From Ranitomeya imitator (Eukaryota): DNA of 64,000 bases. The notes under the pieces are model-generated. The model saw only the letters and a program-made list of their open reading frames with translations, had not been told where the DNA came from and ran no database searches. The position numbers and the translations under genes are program-made. The DNA lies in NCBI RefSeq assembly GCF_032444005.1, contig NC_091282.1:492094001-492158000 (forward strand). The letters run 5' to 3'. Shown here in pieces: positions 24,549 to 37,018 of the stretch (position 1 is its first letter; the number at the start of each line of letters is the position of its first letter).

Positions 24549-27500
24549 TGGACATTAAAGGTCTGTGTGGATCAGCTCACGGCAAGAGTACAAACTATTC
24601 AAGACTTTGTGGTTCAGAATTCTATGTTAGAACCGAGAATTCCTATTCCTGATTTGTTTTTTGGAGATAGAACTAAATTTCTGAGTTTCAAAAATAATTG
24701 TAAACTATTTCTGGCTTTGAAACCTCGCTCCTCTGGTGACCCAGTTCAACAAGTTAGGATCGTTATTTCTTTTTTGCGTGGCGACCCTCAGGACTGGGCA
24801 TTTTCTCTTGCGTCAGGAGATCCTGCATTAAGTAATATCGATGCATTTTTCCTGGCGCTCGGATTGCTGTACGATGAGCCTAATTCTGTGGATCAGGCAG
24901 AGAAGAATTTGCTGGCTCTGTGTCAGGGTCAGGATGAAATAGAGGTATATTGTCAGAAATTTAGAAAGTGGTCCGTACTCACTCAGTGGAATGAAGGTGC
25001 GCTCGCAGCCATTTTCAGAAAAGGTCTCTCTGAAGCCCTTAAGGATGTCATGGTGGGATTTCCTATGCCTGCTGGTCTGAATGAGTCTATGTCTTTGGCC
25101 ATTCAGATCGGTCGACGCTTGCGCGAGCGTAAATCTGTGCACCATTTGGCGGTATTACCTGAGCTTAAACCTGAGCCTATGCAGTGCGATAGGACTTTGA
25201 CCAGAGTTGAACGGCAAGAACACAGACGTCTGAATGGGCTGTGTTTCTACTGTGGTGATTCCACTCATGCTATCTCTGATTGTCCTAAGCGCACTAAGCG
25301 GTTCGCTAGGTCTGCCACCATTGGTACGGTACAGTCAAAATTTCTTCTGTCTGTTACCTTGATCTGCTCTTTGTCATCGTATTCTGTCATGGCATTTGTG
25401 GACTCAGGCGCTGCTCTGAATTTGATGGACTTGGAGTATGCTAGGCGTTGTGGGTTTTTCTTGGAGCCCTTGCAGTGTCCTATTCCATTGAGAGGAATTG
25501 ATGCTACGCCTTTGGCCAAGAATAAGCCTCAGTACTGGACCCAGCTGACCATGTGCATGGCTCCTGCACATCAGGAGGTTATTCGCTTTCTGGTGTTGCA
25601 TAATCTGCATGATGTGGTCGTGTTGGGGTTGCCATGGCTACAAGTCCATAATCCAGTATTAGATTGGAAATCCATGTCTGTGTCCAGCTGGGGTTGTCAG
25701 GGGGTACATGGTGATGTTCCATTTCTGTCTATCTCATCATCCACCCCTTCTGAGGTTCCTGAGTTCTTGTCTGATTACCGGGATTTATTTGATGAGCCCA
25801 AGTCCGATACCCTACCTCCGCATAGGGATTGTGATTGTGCTATCGATTTGATTCCTAGTAGTAAATTCCCAAAAGGTCGACTGTTTAATTTATCTGTGCC
25901 TGAGCACGCCGCTATGCGGAGTTATGTGAAGGAGTCTTTTGGGAAGGGGCATATTCGCCCGTCATCATCGCCATTAGGAGCAGGGTTCTTTTTTGTAGCC
26001 AAGAAGGATGGTTCACTGAGACCTTGTATAGATTACCGCCTTCTAAATAAGATCACGGTTAAATTTCAGTACCCCTTGCCATTGTTATCTGATTTGTTTG
26101 CTCGGATTAAGGGGGCTAGTTGGTTCACCAAGATAGATCTTCGTGGTGCGTATAATCTTGTGCGTATTAAGCGAGGCGATGAGTGGAAAACTGCATTTAA
26201 TACGCCCGAGGGCCATTTTGAGTGTCTAGTAATGCCATTCGGACTTGCCAATGCTCCATCAGTGTTTTAGTCCTTTATGCATGACATCTTCCGAGAGTAC
26301 CTGGATAAATTCCTGATTGTGTACTTAGATGACATTTTGATCTTCTCGGATGATTGGGAGTCTCATGTGAAGCAGGTCAAAACAGTGTTTCAGGTCCTGC
26401 GTGCTAATTCTTTGTTTGTGAAGGGATCAAAGTGTCTCTTTGGTGTTCAGAAGGTTTCATTTTTGGGGTTCATCTTTTCCCCTTTTACTATCGAGATGGA
26501 CCCTGTTAAGGTCCAAGCCATCCATAATTGGACTCAGCCGACATCTCTGAAAAGTCTGCAAAAGTTCCTGGGCTTTGCTAATTTTTATCGTCGCTTCATC
26601 TGCAATTTTTCTAGTATTGCAAAACCATTGACCGATTTGACCAAGAAAGGTGCTGATTTGGTCAATTGGTCTTCTGCTGCGGTGGAAGCTTTTCAAGAGT
26701 TGAAGCATCGTTTTTCTTCTGCCCCTGTGTTGTGTCAACCAGATGTTTCGCTTCCGTTCCAGGTCGAGGTTGATGCTTCTGAGATTGGAGCAGGGGCTGT
26801 TTTGTCGCAGAGAAGTTCTGATTGCTCGGTGATGAAACCATGCGCCTTCTTTTCCAGGAAGTTTTCCCCTGCTGAGCGAAATTATGATGTGGGCAATCAA
26901 GAGTTGCTGGCCATGAAGTGGGCATTCGAGGAGTGGCGTCATTGGCTTGAAGGAGCTAAGCATCGCGTGGTGGTCTTGACTGATCATAAGAACTTGACTT
27001 ATCTTGAGTCTGCTAAGCGGTTGAATCCTAGACAGGCTCGTTGGTCGCTGTTTTTTGCCCGTTTTGACTTTGTGATTTCGTACCTTCCGGGCTCTAAAAA
27101 TGTGAAGGCGGATGCTCTGTCTAGGAGTTTTGTGCCCGACTCTCCGGGTTTGTCTGAGCCGGCGGGTATCCTCAAAGAGGGAGTAATTGTGTCTGCCATC
27201 TCCCCTGATTTGCGGTGGGTGCTGCAAAAATTTCACGCTAATAAACCTGATCGTTGCCCAGCGGAGAAACTGTTTGTCCCTGATAGGTGGACGAATAAAG
27301 TTATCTCTGAGGTTCATTGTTCGGTGTTGGCTGGTCATCCTGGAATCTTTGGTACCAGAGAGTTAGTGGCTAGATCCTTTTGGTGGCCATCTCTGTCGCG
27401 GGATGTGCGTACTTTTGTGCAGTCCTGTGGGATTTGTGCTCGGGCTAAGCCCTGCTGTTATCGTGCCAGTGGGTTGCTTTTGCCCTTGCCGGTCCCAAAG

Positions 27501-30500
27501 AGGCCTTGGACACATATCTCTATGGATTTTATTTCAGATCTTCCCGTCTCTCAAAAGATGTCAGTCATTTGGGTGGTCTGTGATCGCTTCTCTAAGATGG
27601 TCCATTTGGTACCCTTGTCTAAATTGCCTTCCTCCTCTGATTTGGTGCCATTGTTTTTCCAGCATGTGGTTCGTTTACATGGCATTCCAGAGAATATCGT
27701 TTCTGACAGAGGTTCCCAGTTTGTGTCGAGGTTTTAGCGAGCCTTTTGTGGTAGGATGGGCATTGACTTGTCTTTTTCCTCGGCTTTCCATCCTCAGACT
27801 AATGGCCAGACCGAACGAACCAATCAGACCTTGGAAACATATCTGAGATGCTTTGTTTCTGCTGATCAGGATGACTGGGTGTCCTTTTTGCCTTTGGCTG
27901 AGTTCGCCCTTAACCCCTTCATGACCGGGGGATTTTTCATTTTTCCGTGTTCGTTTTTCGCTCCCCTCCTTCCCAGAGCCATAACTTTTTTATTTTTCCG
28001 TCAATTTGGCCATGTGAGGGCTTATTTTTTGCGGGACGAGTTGTACTTTTGAACGACATCATTGGTTTTAGCATGTCGTGTACTAGAAAACGGGAAAAAA
28101 ATTCCAAGTGCGGTGAAATTGCAAAAAGTGCAATCCCACATTGGTTTTTTGTTTGGCTTTTTTGCTAGGTTCACTAAATGCTAAAAATGCTAAAAATGAC
28201 CTGCCATTATGATTCTCCAGGTCAGTACGAGTTCATATTTAAGTAAATAGGGCAGCACACTGCAGCGCCAAAACATGCAAACTTGAAAACACAAAATTTG
28301 AACTGCATTACTGCACTGAAAATATGAAAAATGAGAGCTTTTAGCGCATAAAAATGGCCAATTTTATGTGTACCTCGTAGCCACGATAAGGCATCTCTCT
28401 TATACGAGGTAGGTCAAGCGTAGGGCCTCGTATAAGAGAGATGCCTTATCGTGGCTACGAGGTACACATAAAATTGGCCATTTTTATGCGCTAAAAGCTC
28501 TCATTTTTCATATTTTCAGTGCAGTAATGCAGTTCAAATTTTGTGTTTTCAAGTTTGCATGTTTTGGCGCTGCAGTGTGCTGCCCTATTTACTTAAATAT
28601 ATACGAGTTGGCGACTCTGGGTTCAGCACCTGTTCACACTGTGTCTATGTTTGGATGTGCAGATCAGGTTTTTTGAAAAGTACGAGTTCATAGACACCTA
28701 ACATGACTAGGTTATTTTTTATCTAAGTGGTGAAAAAAATTTCCAAACTTTGCTAAAAAAAAAAAAAAAATTGCGCCATTTTCCGATACTCGTAGCGTCT
28801 CCATTTTTCATGATCTGGGGTCGGTTGAGGGCTTATTTTTTGCGTGCCGAGATGACGTTTTTAATGATAGCATTTTGGTGCAGATACGTTCTTTTGATCG
28901 CCCGTTATTGCATTTTAATGCAATGTCGCGGCGACCAAAAAAACGTAATTCTGGCGTTTCGAATTTTTTTCCCGCTACGCTGTTTAGCGATCAGGTTAAT
29001 ACTTTTTTTTAATTGATAGATCGGGCGATTCTGAGCGCGGCGATACCAAATATGCGTAGATTTGATATTTTTTTTATTGATTTATTTTGATTGGGGCGAA
29101 AGGGGGGTGATTTAAACTTTTATGTTTTTTTATTTTTTTCACATTTTTTTAAACTTTTTTTCTTAACTTTTGCCATGCTTCAATAGCCTCCATGGGAGGC
29201 TAGAAGCTGGCACAGCACGATCGGCTCTGCTACATAGCAGCGATCTGATCGCTGCTATGTAGCAGAAATGGAGGTGTGCTGTGAGCGCCGACCACAGGGT
29301 GGCGCTCACAGCCACCGCTCATCAGTAACCATAGAGGTCTCTGGGACCTCTATGGCTACAATATACAAGCATCGCCGACCCCGATCATGTGACGGGGGTC
29401 GGCGATGACGTCATTTTCGGCCGGAAGCGGTAGTTAAATGCCGCAGTCTGCGTTTGACAGCGGCATTTAACTAGTTAATAGGTGCGGGCAGATCGCGATT
29501 CTGCCCGCACCTATTGCGGGCACATGTCAGCTGTTCAAAACAGCTGACATGTCCCGGCTTTGATGCGGGCTCACCGCGGAGCCCTGCATCAAAGCAGGGG
29601 AGCCGGCATCGGACGGTATAGTACGTCCGATGCCGGTAAGGGGTTAATAATCGGGCCAGCTCGGCTACCTTGGTTTCACCGTTTTTCTGCAACTCTGGGT
29701 TCCATCCTCGTTTCTCTTCAGGGCAGGTTGAGTCTTCGGACTGTCCTGGTGTGGATACTGTGGTGGACAGGTTGCAGCAGATTTGGACTCATGTAGTGGA
29801 CAATTTGACTTTGTCCCAGGAGAAGGCTCAACGTTTCGCTAATCGCAGACGCTGTGTGGGTCCCCGACTTCGGGTTGGGGACTTGGTTTGGTTATCTTCT
29901 CGTCATATTCCTATGAAGGTTTCCTCTCCTAAGTTTAAACCTCATTTTATTGGTCCGTATAGGATTTCTGAGGTTCTTAATCCTGTCTTTTCGTCTGACC
30001 CTTCCAGATTCTTTTTCCATACATAACGTATTCCATAGGTCATTGTTGCGGAGAAACGTGGCACCTATGGTTCCATCTGTTGATCCTCCTGCCCCGGTTT
30101 TGGTGGAGGGGGAGTTGGAGTATATTGCGGAGAAGATTTTGGATTCTCGTGTTTCAAGGCGGAAACTCCAGTATCTGGTTAAGTGGAAGGGTTATGCTCA
30201 GGAAGATAATTCCTGGGTCTTTGCCTCTGATGTCCATGCTCCCGATCTTGTTCGTGCCTTTCATATGGCTCATCCTGGTCGTCCTGGGAGCTCTGGTGAG
30301 GGTTCGGTGACCCCTCCTCAAGGGGGGGGTACTGTTGTGAATTCTGTGGCAGAGCTCCCTCCTGTGGTCACAAGTGGTACTTCGGCTGGTTCTCTCTGTG
30401 AGCTTCCGTTGGTGGAGGAAAGTGGTACTGCGGCTTCTGAGTTTCCTTCCTCAGGTGATGTGGTGAAGTCGTTAGGTGCTGCTCTATTTAACTCCACCTA

Positions 30501-30501
30501 G
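24549..30501 (+). pseudogene. Disrupted gag-pol polyprotein (Gag, CCHC, PR, RT, RNase H, IN, chromodomain)
   Basis: Motifs seen: [14 protein letters not shown] (25242-25283), FVDSGA, YLDD, EVDAS, the integrase HHCC and DDE region, GPYR, and chromodomain EYIAEKILDSR...YLVKWKGY. Lesions: a frameshift just after the ATG near 24549, in-frame TAG at 26268-26270 and 27735-27737, an insertion at 27914-29643, and a frameshift near 29990. Confidence 0.95.
27914..29643. mobile_element. TTAA-flanked piggyBac-type non-autonomous element inserted in the integrase
   Basis: TTAA at 27910-27913 and 29644-29647 with ends CCCCTT...AAGGGG. Removing it restores EFALNNRASSAT. Same family as 19941-21174, in the opposite orientation. 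Confidence 0.93.
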
Positions 30502-31144
30502 TGCTTTGATCCTGGCCTCCAGCCAATGTTCTAGTATTGGACCTGTTTCCTCCTGGATCGTTCCTGTGGCCTGCTGCTCTGCATAGCTAAGTTCCTCTTT
30601 GCTATTTGTTTGCTGTTTTTTTTCTGTCCAGCTTGTCAATTTGTTTTTTACTGTTTGCTGGAAGCTCTGGGACGCAGAGGGTGTACCTCCGTGCCGTTAG
30701 TTCGGTACGGAGGGTCTTTTTGCCCCCTTTGCGTGGTTTTTGTAGGGTTTTGTGTTGACTGCAAAGTTACCTTTCCTATCCTCGCTCTGTTCAGAAAGTT
30801 GGGCCTCACTTTGTTAAATCTATTTCATCTCTACGTTTGTCTTTTCATCTTAACTCACAGTCATTATATGTGGGGGCTGCCTTTTCCTTTGGGGTATTTC
30901 TCTGAGGCAAGGTAGGCTTATTTTCTATCTTCAGGCTAGCTAGTTTCTCAGGCCGTGCCGAGTTGCATAGGGAGCGTTAGGCGCAATCCACGGCTGCCTT
31001 TAGTGTGGTTGGAGAGGATTAGGGATTGCGGTCAACAGAGTTCTCACGTCTCAGAGCTCGTTCTTGTTTTTTGGATTATTGCCAGGTCACTGTATGTGCG
31101 CTGACCTCTATGTCCATTGTGGTACTGAATTACCTGTCATAACA
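30333..31144 (+). repeat. 3' LTR (812 bp)
   Basis: Starts just after the polypurine tract plus TAC and ends CATAACA; a direct repeat of the 5' LTR. Confidence 0.97.
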
Positions 31145-31844
31145 GGTGAGGCATGGAGCCTGAAAGTAAAAAGTTCAAAACATTGTTACACTTTTGCTCT
31201 TCACTGTATCTCTCCCATCCTGCTATATATGTGTGCATCCTGGGCCCCTTCCTGGTGTACATGTCTCCTATCCTGGTATATATATCCCTCGTTCTGCCTC
31301 TGTGTTAAAAAAAAAACCCCAAAAAAACAAAAGCTCCAACACGTTCTTCTCACCTTTGTTAGATCCCACAATGTGCAGCGTCCTCTTCTGCAAATGGCGC
31401 AGAGGCCGGTAGCTGACATCGGCATGCCTGCCATGGCGACGCATGATGTTACTGCCATACAACACCAACGCCTGGCATGCCAACATCAGCTGCCAGCCTC
31501 CGATTCGCCGTTGACATGTATTGCAGTGCAGGGAGCCTGAGGATCCCTTCACTGTAATACACTTCAGTGTGTCCTCGGTAGTCGCTGGCATCAGCGGGCC
31601 ACCTTCCAGTACAAGTCTGGTTGCGGTCTCACCCTCTAGAACCCCGATCTTTACACCCCTGGGTACTTGCTACTTTGTGTTGTATATCACATAAAATCCC
31701 AATAAAATACATTTAAGTTTACAGGTGTAACGTAAAACAATGTGGAAAAGTTCATGTGTTAGGAATACTTTTTCAAGGCACTGTAAGCACTAATGTTAGG
31801 AAACAAAAATAATTAAAGTATAAGCTCCTTTTTTCTACTTGCAG

Positions 31845-31976
31845 TTTACACAGTTTATGAATCACTTCCGTATTTTGAAGCCCTTGGCACATTTTGCTAC
31901 ACGATCTCACTGCCATTTGTGATTTCCATTCACTTTCCTTACATTTTGAAAATATATCTGGTCCTGTTACCTGCCG
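31845..31976 (+). CDS. HACD4: HACD4 coding exon
   Basis: ttgcag|TT...GCCG|gtaagg, 132 nt. Translates VYTVYESLPYFEALGTFCYTISLPFVISIHFPYILKIYLVLLPA. Confidence 0.95.
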
Positions 31977-32052
31977 GTAAGGCTTCAGAAAACTTATACA
32001 TGTTTGTATGTCTGTATCATTGCTTGAATGACATGAAGATGTTGTCACTTAG

Positions 32053-32135
32053 GTGTGTTGTACACGTGCAGCCATCTGTACTCTAAAAGAAAGTTGTATC
32101 TGAAGCAGCAAGAGTTAAAGCTAAAAGTGAAGTAA
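32053..32135 (+). CDS. HACD4: HACD4 last coding exon with stop codon
   Basis: cttag|GT, 83 nt, after a 76-nt intron. Translates GVLYTCSHLYSKRKLYLKQQELKLKVK-stop (TAA 32133-32135). The C-terminal KLKVK fits the KxKxx ER-retrieval pattern. Confidence 0.92.
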
Positions 32136-35100
32136 GGTGAGTAACAAACATCATAATGTATAGTGAAATAATTTTATTATTCTAAGAACGTTTCCGCCCA
32201 AAATGTAAAATTGGTTACATCTGAGTAAATTAGTCAAGTTGCAGCAGCAGCCAATGTTATCTTTGTTTTACATATAAAATACTGGCAAGTTTCTATTTAG
32301 TTACAGCCTTCATTTTTGCAATAGTAAAATGGGAAATGCAGACATTTTGGTAGTCACATTTGAACTCGCTTCATAGAAAGTCAAAACAAAAAAATTGCAT
32401 CAACCCATTGCTGGCAAGGCCATTTGTTGTATTTTCAGCCCATTCTATTAAGAACCACAACTTTTTTTTTTCTTTTCCAATTAAATGGAATCGGTCAGTG
32501 AGATCAACCCTTCTAAGTTGTCTATAAGGGCATGTAGGTCATAGGAAGCTGAATAAAATTATACCTTGATATTTGTGATCCGGCATCTTATGCCAGAAAA
32601 ATCCATGTCTTTCTTTTATGTAAATGAACTATTAAGATCTATGGGCTGGACACTGATCTCCCTGAGAATCTGCCACCAAACTTTAATTTACATGAAAGGG
32701 GAGTTACCAGTGTGAGACATGCAGATCAGATGTCAAACGGGTGTCACATTTCTTTGGAAGACCTGGATTTATATGGTTATGTCGGGTAATGAATCCCAGG
32801 TCTTCTTTAGAGATGGTGCGATTTGTGTCCCATATTAAATGGATTTCATTTCCTCTGGTGCTGAAGAGGTTAACGGCCCATTGTATGCTGGCCAGAAACA
32901 TGCAGCTCCATTTCAGCTGCTTCTGATCTGGTCGTAACCTCTTCCTAAAAAAACAACAACTCGTCAAGACCTTCTTATCCCTGGCAGTGAAAGATTCATC
33001 TTCCTCTGCTGTCTGCTAAAGCTAAGTGGTTGGAGTAGTGTTCTGTGGGTTGTTGTAGTACGTGTGTGTTTATCTCCTGGTTCCTGGTCCCATTTAGTTT
33101 ATTCCCCCCTGTCCTGATACTCCTTCCTATTGTTGGTTAGTGCTTTTGTATGATAGAGGTTTTCTATTATCCCTATTTTGTCTTTGTGTCTTGTTTATTT
33201 TACATTTGTGTCTCAAGGGGTGAGGGAGAGATCAGGTCAGGGTTTAACAGGCGCATATAGTAAGGTCGGAGACTCGGGCCTCTCTACCTTCAAGAGTACC
33301 CCTGAGACAGGGATAGTTAGGGTCCCAGTTCCATGGACGGTTTGAGCCCCCTCCCCTTCCTTACTGAAGACAGTCACAGCATGACATCACAAGAGCCAAA
33401 TGTCTGTCATAACATAAGATAAAACAATGAGCAAATGCAATGCAGTAAATTAATAAATAGTAACAGTACATGTAGATAACATAGGGTTGTTAGTTAACAC
33501 TGTTTTGATCAACAAGGTGACAATCATCAGACAAGAATCCAATAGAAAATTTATGGAAGGAAGTAAAGCTCAGAATTTAGGGAATGTTCTAGATTTGAAG
33601 AATGTTTGTGTAGAAAATGACACCTGAGCAATGCATGTGACGTGTTCAATACTTATTTCACCTGTTTGTTGATATGTTACCACAATATTCTAATAGCATT
33701 ATCAGTATAAATACATTGAGTCATATGAGATGCAGAAAACAAATGCAACTTAACATTAAGAGTTCATACCATCAACTATATGCGTTATTGACTATCGCAG
33801 ACTTCTTTTTATCCTGAATGCAGACTTGTTTTAACATGTTATGGATATATTTTTTCGCTGGTTTGACACAAACTTATTTTATCAAATTCCATGAGAACCC
33901 CATGGAATAGTGGTTTACAAAAGTATTCACTTTTTAACTATTGTTAGATAGAAAACATTCGGCACTATAAGGTGAATCCAAATGTAACTTAATTTCAAGC
34001 TTAACCCAACCAGTGATGAACAGATAATTAATCCAACCTTTTGGCTACATAGCCGCCTTTTTCAAGGATATCTGTGAGTACAAACGTGAACACACTGCAT
34101 AATATATAAAGCAATTAATATTCATAAAAACCATCACATGTCAAAGAAATAGCCATAATTATTAAGCTTCTTATCAAAGTGTAGAATTCCAGAGTCATAA
34201 AGATATCCTATTCATAAACTTCATGAGATAAAAATTTAAAAATATGTCACGGTCTAAAAAACAAAAGGAATATATACATATAGTTACATACAAAGAAATA
34301 TGGCATAGTGATATTGATCATAATGGTATCCTAAAATTCAATAAATGAGGTCATCTTCATATCATATGAAAGAGAAGAGGGAAAAAAAAAGAAACGACAA
34401 AAAGGGAAAGAAAATTCCTATTTTTTATTAATTTTGATTATTTGTTTCCTTCTTATATGTTATGGGGAGTGGGAGTGAATACTTACACAAGCCACTGTAG
34501 TCATTTTATCTGGATACATCGATTTTATTCTATGTGCAGGTGATATTCGTGTTTTTTTGCTTATTTATGTAGCATAACATTTTTGCCATTTAGTGGTTAT
34601 ATAAGTACCAGTGATTATTTTCTTTCTATATTTTACTCAGTGACTGCTTGCAGATGTCAGATATCACCAGGGCACAAAAATCCAGTTTCACTGTGTTTTA
34701 TCTCTATAGCGACACCCACAATAATTAGTATTACACTTAATATTTTTGCAATTGAAAAAAAAATCAATTTAAAAGTGACAATTAATATGAAGCACTTCCT
34801 TCTGTCAACTGTGCAAAAATGGTTCAAAAAGTGATCAATCCAAACAGTAAAAATCTAAGCATTTATAAGTAAAGGAAACATAATTACTAAACTTTTGCTG
34901 AGGAGATTTCTACTCAAATTTTAAAGCTTTGGTTAGAAATCCATTTTAATGTGGATGTCCATTTAAACAGAAAAAAATGGGCTACATTGTAAATAACAAA
35001 ATAAGCATTACTTAAAGCACGTGCGAGTTGCTATAGTAGACAAGTTGTAGATGGGAAATTGGCACACGGCCCGGTCAACAAAACCAAGGGGCTGCAGAAA

Positions 35101-36944
35101 GGCAGCGATGGAGCACTAGGGGCTTCAATACATAAGTAATGCTGAGTTTTGTATAGTTACAAACATTACTTCCCTGTGGTCCAGTTTTTTAATGGACAAC
35201 CTTTTTAGAAATATGTGGGTATCAGTGTATTCTACAGATATATGAAAAAAAAATCTATTTGTCTCTTCATTTGTTCTCCATTACATATATCCCCATGCAT
35301 AATTGAAAAAGGAAGAGAAAAAACCCATGTGAAAAAGTAACTCCTCCGTAAAATGTAGCAACAGCAATGACCAAAGACTTCCTAAAAAATTACTCTTTCT
35401 CTTCACTATTCAATGTTTAATCTTTTTTACAATAGAAGGCTGTTGCCAATGTGTGTTTCATGTGCCTTTTCTTAATAGGTTTATTTAAAAAAATGTTAAC
35501 AATAAGAAATTTAAAGGCGTTATCTGGGACTAATTTTATTGGCCTAAGAACTGTTGTACCCGGTGCCATTCTCTGCCGGATCAGAGCAGTCGAGGACCTC
35601 CCCTGCGGTTTCCAGTATTGAAACGTTGACAAAGTAGCTACTTTTCTTCTGCTCTGCCAATGGGGCATCATTTCTGCTGCAATACTGTAATACCCCGTCA
35701 ACAGAGCAGCCAACAAGAGGAAGAGGTGCTCTGTTGATGTGAAGCAGCAAAATCGCTGGCAGGAGCTGTTGTGACCTCTCAGAGCTAGCGCCAGGCAGAC
35801 CAGGCAGGTAGTTAGCAACTACCCATCTAAGTTCTTAGCTTCATGAGAAAAAAAAATTGTTCTGGATAATCCCCTTAAGGAACAATAATACACCATTGTG
35901 TACCACAGCATTTTGATTTAAAATAATCAAGTACTATAAAATATCATGTCGCGAAATCAGTGAAAGAGGAGTTGGCAATGATACACGAAGAATGTGTATT
36001 TTGTAATACAACAAAGATGTCCTATATTCTATTATGACTATTAATTCATTCATACAGTAAAACACAAGGCATGTTCCTACCTTACATTGAACAAGAAAAT
36101 GTGATGCTTTGAAAAACTGTGGCAAATTGGCAGATAGAAGGAGATATTCAAAGAGGTTGGATTCTTCTTGGCCCTTTCTCGAAGACATAAACTTCCGTAG
36201 CAAAATGGATAGTAGTTCTTGGTCGAGCAGTGTTACATCACACTAAGTATATGACGGGGCCCTTATTTCTGATGAAACCTAATGCTACTGCATCAAGAAC
36301 ATTAAAGCCAGTTGTTTCCAACTTTGGGGAAGATGCTTTCCTGTTCCCGCTTGATTTTGGAGAATGCATTAAGTTTTGCCAGTCCCATAGCACATATAGA
36401 GAGAGTTAGGCTACGTTCTAACGATGAGTTTTTGGCGCTGAGTATTTTGGAAAAAATGCAAGTAACTCATGTTACTTAATGGATGGAAAGTCTGCAACAC
36501 CAAAAGCTGATAGTGGGAATGTAGCTTTATACGCTATGCCTAAACATTGCAATATAGGGAGCAAATGCTACTTTAACCATGAATACAAAAAAAATACATA
36601 GGCGCACCAACAAATATTGTTTTATTTCAGATCTGGCCATTGAGGAAGGTGTACAGACATTGGAGAAGATTACAGATACAGAAATGTAAAGAAGATAATA
36701 TTGACCTGAATGGAGAATTTTTATTTCAGGAAGTGATACGAGCGCTGTAGTGAGAAGTCGCGGACATTATACATGATGGCTATTATGTCTGGGCGACTGT
36801 CATTTCAGCTATAAAGGACACTTCTTTCAGTCTAAAAACAATTTGGCATTTTACGTTCACATTTTCAGACCAAAATGCTTCAGTATCAGTATGACTCAAT
36901 GACAAAGTATATGCTGGCGAGATGATACATGACACAGCACACCA

Positions 36945-37018
36945 TCACCAGCCGTAGGCTCTGGTCCACACTGCTTTCCTCTTAAACTCTGGAAGACATC
37001 TCAAGTTAAAAAGGGAAG
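36945..37018 (-). CDS. FOCAD: Focadhesin last coding exon with stop codon
   Basis: Acceptor tttcag|CT. Translates ASLFNLRCLPEFKRKAVWTRAYGW-stop (TGA), matching the FOCAD C-terminus ...KAVWTRAYGW. Confidence 0.97.

Larger units (their letters stand above)
23610..31144 (+). mobile_element. Full-length Ty3/Gypsy chromovirus (Tf1/sushi-like) LTR retrotransposon, inactivated, inside a HACD4 intron
   Basis: Two near-identical LTRs with TG...CA ends, a flanking GGTGAG direct repeat, and a polypurine tract AAGGGGGGGG at 30320-30329. A single gag-pol frame encodes CCHC, DSG protease, YLDD reverse transcriptase, RNase H, integrase and a chromodomain. Confidence 0.98.

Noticed and set aside
26457-27338. 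293-aa antisense ORF inside pol (possible antisense or env-like protein)
   Set aside because: No recognisable motif; most simply the antisense shadow of RT/RNase H codon usage. It would need conservation across family copies to revive.
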